Shown piece after piece: positions 1-7,996 of a stretch of DNA of 64,000 nt. Numbering within the stretch: position 1 is the stretch's first letter; each line of letters starts with the position of its first letter. Below the pieces are notes generated by a model that saw only the letters and a list, made by a program, of their open reading frames with translations, was not told the DNA's origin and did not search any database. Source of the DNA: a virus; IMG/VR virus record IMGVR_UViG_3300048033_000725, positions 5,037-69,036 of that record, one strand, 5' to 3'. The position numbers and the translations under genes are program-made.

Positions 1-446
1 TTCTTGGCGGCTGCCGCGGCAACAACAAAGTCACCAGCATCTTCATCAGTGATTTCTTCAGGAAGTTCGATATCTTCATACATTTTAGATGAACGAATAT
101 TGACCTTAAATAGTTTTTCAGCCGTCTTGGTACCAAGATTATTTGCAACCATCATAATGATTAAATCTCTTGGTTCCGTGTCTAAGCCATTAACAAACTT
201 GACAAGGTCTTTCATCTTATTGGCTTTCATCATGTCAGCCGCTTTCATCATGTCTTTCTTGTCAATACCGCCATTTGCCTTAGCATATGCTTCAAGTTCT
301 TTTGCGACATTTTGAATACTTTCATTCATGGAACATGCACCCTCGGCGTGCATTTTACCACATGCTTCGCACATGACTTTACCTTCCATGATGCTCTCTG
401 CAACATCAGCAAGTGCCTTTGTCAACGGGTCTCTGAATAGTGACAT
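1..446 (-). CDS. Hypothetical protein, runs off the window's left edge; possible internal head protein
   Basis: Not in the ORF track. Read manually: AAGGAG RBS, ATG at 446, MSLFRDPLTKALADVAESIMEGKVMCEACGKMHAEGACSMNES..., open to position 1. Contains a CxxC..H..C motif. Confidence 0.75.
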   Translation of the reverse strand, partial: MSLFRDPLTKALADVAESIMEGKVMCEACGKMHAEGACSMNESIQNVAKELEAYAKANGGIDKKDMMKAADMMKANKMKDLVKFVNGLDTEPRDLIIMMVANNLGTKTAEKLFKVNIRSSKMYEDIELPEEITDEDAGDFVVAAAAAK

Positions 447-448
447 TG

Positions 449-703
449 TTAGTTCTCCTTAATTTGAATTTTTAAATCTGTCGTGCCTTTGATAATGCGA
501 TGATACTCAAATGCTTCTATGGATATTTCATCACCTACATTCAGATGAATAGGCAGTTCATTGTCTCTCTGAAACTTCCAACCTTCACCTTCAAGTATCG
601 CAACTGTTCTATCTTCTCTATCTCTATGCCATACTAACTCTTCTGCTAGTACGTCTTTAGAGAAAGTTCTAATATCACTTTCGTCTTTGTACGGGTTTAC
701 CAA
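449..703 (-). CDS. Small cupin-like protein
   Basis: 84 aa; WHRDRE...EYHRIIKG resembles the cupin His motifs. Confidence 0.6.
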   Translation of the reverse strand: MVNPYKDESDIRTFSKDVLAEELVWHRDREDRTVAILEGEGWKFQRDNELPIHLNVGDEISIEAFEYHRIIKGTTDLKIQIKEN

Positions 704-3700
704 AAATATTGCCCCCCGCCTTCCAGACCGAGTTCTTTCGCATACATAGGCAATCTACATGCCCAGTAACCAGGCGTAGTTTTATCTTTTTTAGTATCGC
801 ATTGGTGACGTGCCGCAAAACTCTTTGCCGCTTCTTTGTCATTTATCTTTGCTTTAAGACCAGATGTATCACCAAAACTAACTTTGACCACATTACCCTT
901 ATCGTTTTTTACATAAACATAGAATTTCTTTGAACCGCCTCTTTTGGGGCTGTTTAGTTCAACGTCTTTCTCTTCGTCAATCCAACCTTCTACAAGAGGA
1001 ATGTCAAGGGGAACAAACTCACCCTCATAACGCTCAAACTTGCCAATATCAGTATCGTCTATCAAGTATTTATCCATTCCCTCCAGGACAACATCCAAGT
1101 CTCTTGCAACATCAAAGAGTTCGTAATACATCTCTGAATGAGGGCGATACACGCTATGAAGAGGAATGTTGTTTTCTTTGGCGTAGAATACTGCTTCTGT
1201 CGCTAGAATTTTCCTTGCTGTTTTCGCTAGAATTCTAGGTTCTAATTTAGAACCGACCATACGAATAAGTTCACCAGCGTAATAATCTAAGGAGTGTCTC
1301 TTAGTTTTTGGGTCTTCTTTTTCGATATAACGCAGAAGTCCTTGCGCCGCTTTTTCGTACTTATTCTGTTGGAAGTATTTCGCAATAAGTTCTTTAACCC
1401 AAAGAGGGGCTTCTTCTAGTTCTTCACCAGGAGTTGCTTCTTTGTATGCCTTCACAAGTTCATCAGAACCGTACTCTAGTGCTTCTCTATAGTAAGCATC
1501 TTGTCTTACTTTCAGATTGTCATCTTTTGCTTGAAGGTCACCTGGATTGTATGCTCTTTGGCGATACTCACCACGAACTTCTGCATCAGTTACACGTTCA
1601 ATGTACTCAATATCATCCATACGCTTCAGTGTCATACGAATAGCAGAACGTACTTTTGCAACGCTAACTGAATACAAATAAAACTCAGGGAACCCTTTAA
1701 TCTTTACTGCATAGGGAACAAAACGTACTTGAATATCTTTGTACGGGTCTTCATCACCTTGGTCAGGCAAATCGTTTGAAGTGACCTCGTTGATATGTTC
1801 TTGGCGAATGTCTTTAAGAGTTCTCTTTTCAAAACTCTCTTTGAATTCTTGGTGAACGTCATCTACATCAACACCAGTGTGTTTTTTGATGTAGTTTCTT
1901 GCTTCTTTCCAATCCATACCTTCTTTTTCAGCAAGTGCCTTTACTGCACCAACAACAAGAGTTCTAATTGTCGGGTGAGTAATCCACTTCCAACCAAACT
2001 TAATTGCTTGAAGTGCATCTGCTTCTTTACCAGATTGCATGTATTTGTTTACAAGACTTGTGGCAGTCATAACGTCACGAACACGGAAACCTTCGTCAAG
2101 TTCAACTTCTTCACCACGCACTTTTGCGGCAAGGTCTGCATCTGCTTTGCCCCATGTACCTTTACCTTTAGTAACAAAAGAATTAACTCTTGCAAACGCC
2201 CATTGCTGTGCAGTAGCGCCAGGTCTGTGTCCAGTCTTGTACGCCGCCATACCTCTATCGTAAACTTTCTTTAGAATACTATATGATATACCAGTCTTTT
2301 CTGCTTTGTCAACAAGTCCTTTGATTTTTTCTTCATCAAGTTCACTGAACAATTCACCAAACATTTGTTGATATTTCTTAGTGTGCTTAGATGGTTTTGT
2401 TTCTGCCGAAGCATCGCCAGGAGCAGGTCCACTCTTCTTCTTATTGAAGTGAGCGGCACGTTTTTCTTTCGTGGACTTTGACATGTCACCTGCGTAATAC
2501 TTTTTTGGCTGGCTGCCCTCTCTGTCTTTAATGTCTGGGTCTTGTGCAACACCTTCATCAACAGGAACGTAACCATACCCACTGACAACTAGTTTTTGGT
2601 CGGGTGTTTTAAAGTCCCTCTTACGCATGACTGTTTTTGCAACCATGTCGAGTTCTTTATTCTTTGCATCCCACTTCAATACGAATGGCATGTTTACATC
2701 AGTTTTAATATCATTCAATACTGCTTCTGCGTCAGGTCCGAGTTGAGCAATCTTCTTGCCGTACTGCGAATATGTCTGCTTGAACAGACGAACAAGTTCT
2801 GCAGGTGTAATCTGTTTCTTATTACGAGCATCATTTACACGGTCTAGGAAGTGCTTTGTAAACTCTACGTCAATGCCAACTTTCGCAAACAATTTATCTG
2901 CATGTTTTTCGATGGCATCTAGGTGTGCTTTTGTGACTTCACCTTCTTCTACAAGAACAACCTTTTCCCGCAACATATCGAATGAGAGACTTCTGTAGTC
3001 TCTAAATTCTTCTTCGAACAAGTCATTGATATTTTGTGGAGCCCAACTTTCGTCCAACTCCTCATCAATATTCCACTCTTCTTCTTGCTCTTTAATCTTA
3101 TCTTTGTGCATTTTCCATGCAGTAGCGTACATGACCTTTTCCCAGTCATCGCCATATCTGTCTTTGAATTCTGCCTTAGTTTCTGGCTTCTCTAACCACT
3201 TTTCGATATCAGCATCAGGTGGTGCTTTCTCTGAAATAAGTTCTTGTTCTTCGTTTAGCAACGCTTCACCAAACAGCAATTCAAACATTTCGTTGATTGC
3301 CGCCAGTTTCATACCTGTGCGAATTTTGTTAAATAGTACACGCTTATCTGTTGTACCTAGTGTATCTGGTACACCCTTTGCAAATGTATCAAAATCACCG
3401 TCAGCGGCATGCTTGCGTAGTAGTGATGCAGACATAGCATCAGCCGTCATCTCCTTTGCTTCATCACTGTCTGGGTCTGCACGATTACCAGCAGACTTGA
3501 TTTCTACTCCATTTTCAAACTCATAAAACCCGTGACGACCTTCGACACCGTTATACTTGTTTAGAAGTTTATCAAACTCACCCACACGGTCACCACCGAC
3601 AACCATGGTCACTCTTGTGTAACCCATGTCGTAAAGTTTAGATACAACGTCAAATGCTGTTTTGATTGATTTGTCTGCAACGATATTCTTCGCATAACTG

Positions 3701-3927
3701 CGGAACATCTTACGCATAAACTTCACTTTGTCAGCAAAGGAGAGTGGATTCTTTTTGGGGTCTTGAGATTGTGACGGAAAGATTTTTAGGTCAGCACCTT
3801 GCGCTTTCGCAACCGAAGATGCCGCTTTAATCAACTTTTCGTGCCCAGTAGTTGGTGGGTTAAATCTACCAAAAGAAAAGACAACACTCTTTTCCTTTGC
3901 TTCGCCCAAATCTTTATACTTTTTCAT
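697..3927 (-). CDS. Multidomain protein with N-terminal cytidyltransferase-like (HIGH-class) nucleotidyltransferase; candidate head-packaged polyprotein
   Basis: FSFGRFNPPTTGHEKL (HxGH-type), VVGGDR and MSAS motifs in the first ~207 aa, then several small domains separated by acidic linkers. Confidence 0.8.
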   Translation of the reverse strand: MKKYKDLGEAKEKSVVFSFGRFNPPTTGHEKLIKAASSVAKAQGADLKIFPSQSQDPKKNPLSFADKVKFMRKMFRSYAKNIVADKSIKTAFDVVSKLYDMGYTRVTMVVGGDRVGEFDKLLNKYNGVEGRHGFYEFENGVEIKSAGNRADPDSDEAKEMTADAMSASLLRKHAADGDFDTFAKGVPDTLGTTDKRVLFNKIRTGMKLAAINEMFELLFGEALLNEEQELISEKAPPDADIEKWLEKPETKAEFKDRYGDDWEKVMYATAWKMHKDKIKEQEEEWNIDEELDESWAPQNINDLFEEEFRDYRSLSFDMLREKVVLVEEGEVTKAHLDAIEKHADKLFAKVGIDVEFTKHFLDRVNDARNKKQITPAELVRLFKQTYSQYGKKIAQLGPDAEAVLNDIKTDVNMPFVLKWDAKNKELDMVAKTVMRKRDFKTPDQKLVVSGYGYVPVDEGVAQDPDIKDREGSQPKKYYAGDMSKSTKEKRAAHFNKKKSGPAPGDASAETKPSKHTKKYQQMFGELFSELDEEKIKGLVDKAEKTGISYSILKKVYDRGMAAYKTGHRPGATAQQWAFARVNSFVTKGKGTWGKADADLAAKVRGEEVELDEGFRVRDVMTATSLVNKYMQSGKEADALQAIKFGWKWITHPTIRTLVVGAVKALAEKEGMDWKEARNYIKKHTGVDVDDVHQEFKESFEKRTLKDIRQEHINEVTSNDLPDQGDEDPYKDIQVRFVPYAVKIKGFPEFYLYSVSVAKVRSAIRMTLKRMDDIEYIERVTDAEVRGEYRQRAYNPGDLQAKDDNLKVRQDAYYREALEYGSDELVKAYKEATPGEELEEAPLWVKELIAKYFQQNKYEKAAQGLLRYIEKEDPKTKRHSLDYYAGELIRMVGSKLEPRILAKTARKILATEAVFYAKENNIPLHSVYRPHSEMYYELFDVARDLDVVLEGMDKYLIDDTDIGKFERYEGEFVPLDIPLVEGWIDEEKDVELNSPKRGGSKKFYVYVKNDKGNVVKVSFGDTSGLKAKINDKEAAKSFAARHQCDTKKDKTTPGYWACRLPMYAKELGLEGGGQYFW

Positions 3928-3951
3928 TTCCTAATTATCCTTTATCTATAT

Positions 3952-5208
3952 TCACTTAGTCCAATTTTTTGCGGCAGTAAAGTTGTTGTACGAAAATGTC
4001 AGTCTGTCTACCAGTTTTACTGCATCGCCACCAACTTTGTCAACTGCTACAAACCCCTCAGGTTCAGTTACTTCATAACCGTTCGAGGTTCTATTGAACG
4101 TTTTAGTCATTTGTTTCACGCTTTCTAATTTACGAACAAGCATAACCTTTGCTTCGTTAATCAGAGAGTAAAATGCAAATACGGCAGTTAAAGTCTTTTT
4201 ATATTTTTGCGTCAACCTCATATATTCATCACGCAACTGCGCTTTTTGGTCTTTCGCTTTCTGTGTCTTTACTTTTGCGATTTGCTTCTCATTAAAATAT
4301 GTCTCTATGTATTTAGTATATTCAGCCGCGGCAGAAGCAGGTTTTACATTACTTTGTTGTCTAATTTTGCTATTAATGTATGTCTTAATAGATGCACCAG
4401 CAATGCCTCCAGTCATAGATTCCTGCATTTTGAGGATTTCTTTAAATTCTTTTGAGTTAATCCCATTGAATGCTTTGCCCGCTTTTGAGAGTAAAACATC
4501 AAGTTCTGTTGTCTCTTTTGAAGTCAGCGTAGCATTACCCGAAACGTCTTTGTATTCTGCATCCTGATACCAAAGACCAGACACTTTACCAAAACCAGAT
4601 ACGTCAATATTGAATGTCGCACTCATATCTTGTAGTGTGGGTCCACCCGAATATTTGGTGTGAATGATGATACCCATCTTTGATTTGCTAATCTCTTTGC
4701 CTAAATCACTATCCGCAGGTACTGCGTAAACAATTGTGTTTGGTTGAAATGTGACTAGTTTTTCACCTTCAATCGTTTCAGTCTTTAAGTCCTGTGAAGT
4801 ATACATCAAGTCGCCTTGATATACATCGCCACCAAGTTTCAATTTCTGTAGATAATCAAATGAGATTTTTAGTTTTGTTGACAGGTCGCCTGAAGTGTCT
4901 GCATCAATATCAGCATGTGACTTGTAAACTTTAGGGTTCTTATTGAAGATACCCTTCTTCGCAACAAAGAATTGACCATCTTCTGGGTCAATACCAAAGA
5001 AGACTGCGGGCGCACCATCCCACTTTACAGTGACATTCACTTTACTTTTTGTGTCTCCACGGAGCATGTCACGCAATGAACGTAAGAAGTTAATCGCCGC
5101 ACGACCGCCAGCAATACCATTGTTAAACAGTTCATCTTCAAGGTGTTCGAGGTGTAAATTTTTACCTGCCGCCTCATCCAACTGTTGGTGCTGTAAAAAA
5201 CTCTTCAT
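3952..5208 (-). CDS. DUF6267-like protein with ATP-dependent ligase/nucleotidyltransferase-superfamily motifs
   Basis: NLHLEHLED N-terminus; KWDG (motif I), YQGDLMY (III), EPEGFV (IV), VKLVDR (V). Confidence 0.7.
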   Translation of the reverse strand: MKSFLQHQQLDEAAGKNLHLEHLEDELFNNGIAGGRAAINFLRSLRDMLRGDTKSKVNVTVKWDGAPAVFFGIDPEDGQFFVAKKGIFNKNPKVYKSHADIDADTSGDLSTKLKISFDYLQKLKLGGDVYQGDLMYTSQDLKTETIEGEKLVTFQPNTIVYAVPADSDLGKEISKSKMGIIIHTKYSGGPTLQDMSATFNIDVSGFGKVSGLWYQDAEYKDVSGNATLTSKETTELDVLLSKAGKAFNGINSKEFKEILKMQESMTGGIAGASIKTYINSKIRQQSNVKPASAAAEYTKYIETYFNEKQIAKVKTQKAKDQKAQLRDEYMRLTQKYKKTLTAVFAFYSLINEAKVMLVRKLESVKQMTKTFNRTSNGYEVTEPEGFVAVDKVGGDAVKLVDRLTFSYNNFTAAKNWTK

Positions 5209-6164
5209 CGTTTAACTACCTTTACATTACGGTTGATACGAGATTTCTTAACTGCAAGAACACGCAAACCAGGGATTTTAGAACCCTTGCGTGAACTATC
5301 ATTTCTAATCAAGAAATACACTTCGTATTCACCCTTCAATTCTCTTGGGCTTGTAATAATCTTTGTTACATCAATTATAACGCTTTCTGTGTCTGCGTCA
5401 ATCTTATATTTACCATTAAATGTCTTTTCCAAAACAGCACCATTCGGCAGAATATCTGTACCGAATACAACGTTCTTTACTTCTTTTGCGTCTGCTTTAA
5501 CTGCTAGATTTGGGGTGAGTGTAAATACGGAACGAACTTTAGGGTGCGGTTCAACTTTGACATTACCCGCTTTTTGTTCACGTTCAACGATTGCTTTCAT
5601 ATCTTTACCCCAATAAGAATCCGCAGATTCCCACATTTCTGCTTTATCTTTTTTGAGGGAGAGGGGGAACTTATTGCCGTCAATGTCTACGATATTTACG
5701 TCTGATTTTTTGCGGTCTTTAGTATCACCACCAACTGCTTCTGCACGAACAGCCATAGGAACAGTAAAATCTTTACCCTTCGCTTGGAATACTAGATTGA
5801 GTGGACCGTCAGCAAGGGCAGTGTTAATCATATTGATTAGAGTGTATTCGTTTTGAATACCTGCACTTGCTTTGCCTTGTTTTGATTTTGGTGCCGCACC
5901 GATAGCAAATGAACCGATACGAACCATACCTACTGAGGATGAACCAAAGTCTTGGTCATATACTGCATCAAATGCAGAAAAGTGTTGTGCGATTTTCTCA
6001 AGCAACTCAACACGATTTTCATCAGTCAAAACTGAAAAACGCTTTGAACTGATTTTCTTAAAATCTGTCAGACCGAGTTCTTTTAGGGAGTTCTGGAGTT
6101 CGCCAACATCGGCTGGCATAGCAACTGCCTGCTCCATAAACTGAGTGAATGTTTTTGCTACCAT
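5205..6164 (-). CDS. Putative PD-(D/E)XK-like nuclease
   Basis: GIQNE...KSDVNIV...PLSLKK fits the E...D...SxK variant of the restriction-endonuclease fold. Confidence 0.5.
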   Translation of the reverse strand: MVAKTFTQFMEQAVAMPADVGELQNSLKELGLTDFKKISSKRFSVLTDENRVELLEKIAQHFSAFDAVYDQDFGSSSVGMVRIGSFAIGAAPKSKQGKASAGIQNEYTLINMINTALADGPLNLVFQAKGKDFTVPMAVRAEAVGGDTKDRKKSDVNIVDIDGNKFPLSLKKDKAEMWESADSYWGKDMKAIVEREQKAGNVKVEPHPKVRSVFTLTPNLAVKADAKEVKNVVFGTDILPNGAVLEKTFNGKYKIDADTESVIIDVTKIITSPRELKGEYEVYFLIRNDSSRKGSKIPGLRVLAVKKSRINRNVKVVKR

Positions 6165-6207
6165 CTTAGACTATCCTCAATATAGTTATTTTCAACTTAT
6201 TCACTTA

Positions 6208-6215
6208 TATTTATA
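6208..6215 (-). promoter_or_regulatory. T4-type late promoter TATAAATA
   Basis: Exact consensus 44 nt upstream of the 6164 start. Confidence 0.8.
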
Positions 6216-6242
6216 AGACAGAAGGATGATAGCAAAACTCAA

Positions 6243-6428
6243 TTAATTGTTTGAAAGTTGATTTTCTATTCTAGTAATCTCATCCTTTAGGCGCAATTTT
6301 TCAACTTTATTCAAATTGATTAATGCATCTGGTGCATTTTCTGCATCTAGGGCTTCAATAATTTTCCCAAGTTTAGTGTGTTTTGTTCTTAGGGAATCTA
6401 GGCGGTTCTGTAGTTTATCTGGATTCAT
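6243..6428 (-). CDS. DUF465/YdcH-like small coiled-coil protein
   Basis: LRTKH...KVEKLRLKDEI motif; GAGG RBS. Confidence 0.65.
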   Translation of the reverse strand: MNPDKLQNRLDSLRTKHTKLGKIIEALDAENAPDALINLNKVEKLRLKDEITRIENQLSNN

Positions 6429-6446
6429 TAATTACCTCTTTTGATT

Positions 6447-6485
6447 AAAAGGAGGGGGGACTGGCGACCAAACCAATCCCCCCTT
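6447..6485 (-). terminator. Rho-independent terminator
   Basis: GGGGGGATTGG-loop-CCAGTCCCCCC followed by TCCTTTT. Confidence 0.75.
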
Positions 6486-6498
6486 AGTCATCGCTGTC

Positions 6499-6843
6499 TT
6501 AAAGGTAGAGAGGACCTGTCCAGCGAATTTCGTAAGCACCGAAGATATTTCCTCGTGCTTTGTTTCGAGCAGGAGCATTGTAGCCAGCGGCTTTTAGAAT
6601 GTCTCCATACTGAAACTTCTTATCGTTATCAGTATTTACAATGAAACCCCAAACAGCACGGTCTTTGATAATCTTAATATATTTCTGACCAGGGCGAACT
6701 TCAATATTTTCGTAGAAGTTTTCTAACTGCTCTTTCATATAACCACACAACTCTTTTGTGCCGTTACGGGTAGCAAAGTTTTCATAATCTACTTTAATCA
6801 TTTCAATCAAAGTGTTTACTGCTTTGTTCATTTGCTCATTCAT
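6499..6843 (-). CDS. Conserved early hypothetical protein of T4-like phages
   Basis: KYIKII...VWGFIV...GDILKAAGYNAPARNKARGNI. Start moved to ATG 6843, downstream of the promoter. Confidence 0.75.
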   Translation of the reverse strand: MNEQMNKAVNTLIEMIKVDYENFATRNGTKELCGYMKEQLENFYENIEVRPGQKYIKIIKDRAVWGFIVNTDNDKKFQYGDILKAAGYNAPARNKARGNIFGAYEIRWTGPLYL

Positions 6844-6875
6844 AATGTATCTCTCTTTCTCAACGTTATGTAAGT

Positions 6876-6904
6876 ATTGTAGCAAAGTGTTGGGAGAATG
6901 TCAA
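6876..6904 (-). promoter_or_regulatory. sigma70-type early promoter
   Basis: TTGACA-17-TACAAT. Confidence 0.8.
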
Positions 6905-6924
6905 TGGTTAATTTGGTGGTTTTC

Positions 6925-7338
6925 CTAAATATCTTGGAAGCACAATAGAGCAAGTTCACGCTCAACTCTAAATGCTTCTTTCTCCCAAGGCAAGTCAGAA
7001 TATGCAGTCTTTTCTGGAACACGACTTTTCTTCCACATCATCGCACCGATTTTGCTGTTGAAGCGCATTTCTTTTCGTGCATACTGCTTAACATGAACCA
7101 TCTCATGGCAGACAGTGCTAACCAAATCGTAGAGACTTAATCCCTTACGGATTTCAAGGGAAAATGTCCTGTTGTCTTCTTCCTCCATACAGTAACCATA
7201 CGCATCAATCTTTGCAAGTTTTACATCAATACTTAGTGTTCTCATACGAGGCATCATATGCTTGATACACCACGCAACTGCTTTTTCAACAATCTCACGT
7301 TCTGACTTAGTACCACCACGAACAAATACAACATTCAT
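6925..7338 (-). CDS. Zincin/SprT-like metallopeptidase-domain protein
   Basis: HEMVH (HExxH) and downstream PWEKEA. Confidence 0.65.
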   Translation of the reverse strand: MNVVFVRGGTKSEREIVEKAVAWCIKHMMPRMRTLSIDVKLAKIDAYGYCMEEEDNRTFSLEIRKGLSLYDLVSTVCHEMVHVKQYARKEMRFNSKIGAMMWKKSRVPEKTAYSDLPWEKEAFRVERELALLCFQDI

Positions 7339-7350
7339 ACTGACTACCTC

Positions 7351-7599
7351 TTAAAACAACTGTTTCATGTTTTCGAAAACAACATTATACGCATTGACTT
7401 CATAGCAATAGTTCTCATAGAAGTCATCATCACATTCAAAACGAGCAAACTCTTTGTCCTGACTTGCGAGATATTCTTCCCAAGCACGGTCCATCGCTTG
7501 CATACCTTCAAGCAGGTCACCACGCCCGTGGGCAGTCATCACTTTGACTGCATCATCAAAAGTTGTCTCTTCTTGGTGGAAATGGGGAATGCGAAACAT
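7351..7599 (-). CDS. Early hypothetical protein
   Basis: 82-aa ORF directly after an early promoter and GA-rich leader. Confidence 0.7.
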   Translation of the reverse strand: MFRIPHFHQEETTFDDAVKVMTAHGRGDLLEGMQAMDRAWEEYLASQDKEFARFECDDDFYENYCYEVNAYNVVFENMKQLF

Positions 7600-7633
7600 A
7601 GTTTTCTCTCTCTTTCTCTCAACTTACATATAC

Positions 7634-7662
7634 ATTGTACGTCAAGAATAAGGGATAGTCAA
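7634..7662 (-). promoter_or_regulatory. sigma70-type early promoter
   Basis: TTGACT-17-TACAAT. Confidence 0.8.
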
Positions 7663-7758
7663 GGAAAACCTTGGTTCGTAAGTGGTTGATTTATATGGGA
7701 TTACCAAAAAAGTTGAAATAATTTGGTAAGATGTTGTCGAAATATGGTGATTTTAGAC

Positions 7759-7797
7759 AAAAAAAAGGGGCGTTGCCCCGTGGAAGAGCAACACCCC
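7759..7797 (-). terminator. Rho-independent terminator
   Basis: GGGGTGTTGC...GCAACGCCCC followed by T8. Confidence 0.85.
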
Positions 7798-7980
7798 TAG
7801 GTGTCTATCGAATGCGGTGAGAAACCCCCACTCACGACTACATGCGCCGCCTTTGCCCGCTTTCCTTTACTTGGATTTGATTTGTACAATAAATACGTCT
7901 CCAACACTTCCTTACGCTGATTAATTTGTACCTCAGCAATTCTTTTGACACCTTAACTCTCACCCACACATTATCATTAA
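7759..7980 (-). ncRNA. Candidate late-expressed structured ncRNA (~220 nt)
   Basis: Lies between a TATAAATA promoter and a strong terminator with no convincing ORF/RBS; several complementary segments (AGGTGTC/GACACCT, GCTGA/TCAGC, TTGGA/TCCAA, GTGAG/CTCAC). Confidence 0.5.
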
Positions 7981-7983
7981 TAT

Positions 7984-7991
7984 TATTTATA
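7984..7991 (-). promoter_or_regulatory. T4-type late promoter TATAAATA
   Basis: Exact consensus just after the stop of 7997..8689. Confidence 0.75.
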
Positions 7992-7996
7992 TGGCA

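Noticed and set aside
3943-3950. TATAGATA upstream of the 1076-aa gene, and AATAAATA near 62958-62965
   Set aside because: One mismatch to the late consensus in AT-rich DNA; plausible but not supportable alone.
7830-7975. 37-codon GTG ORF inside the ncRNA candidate
   Set aside because: Weak RBS and no recognisable motif; kept only as an alternative to the RNA model.
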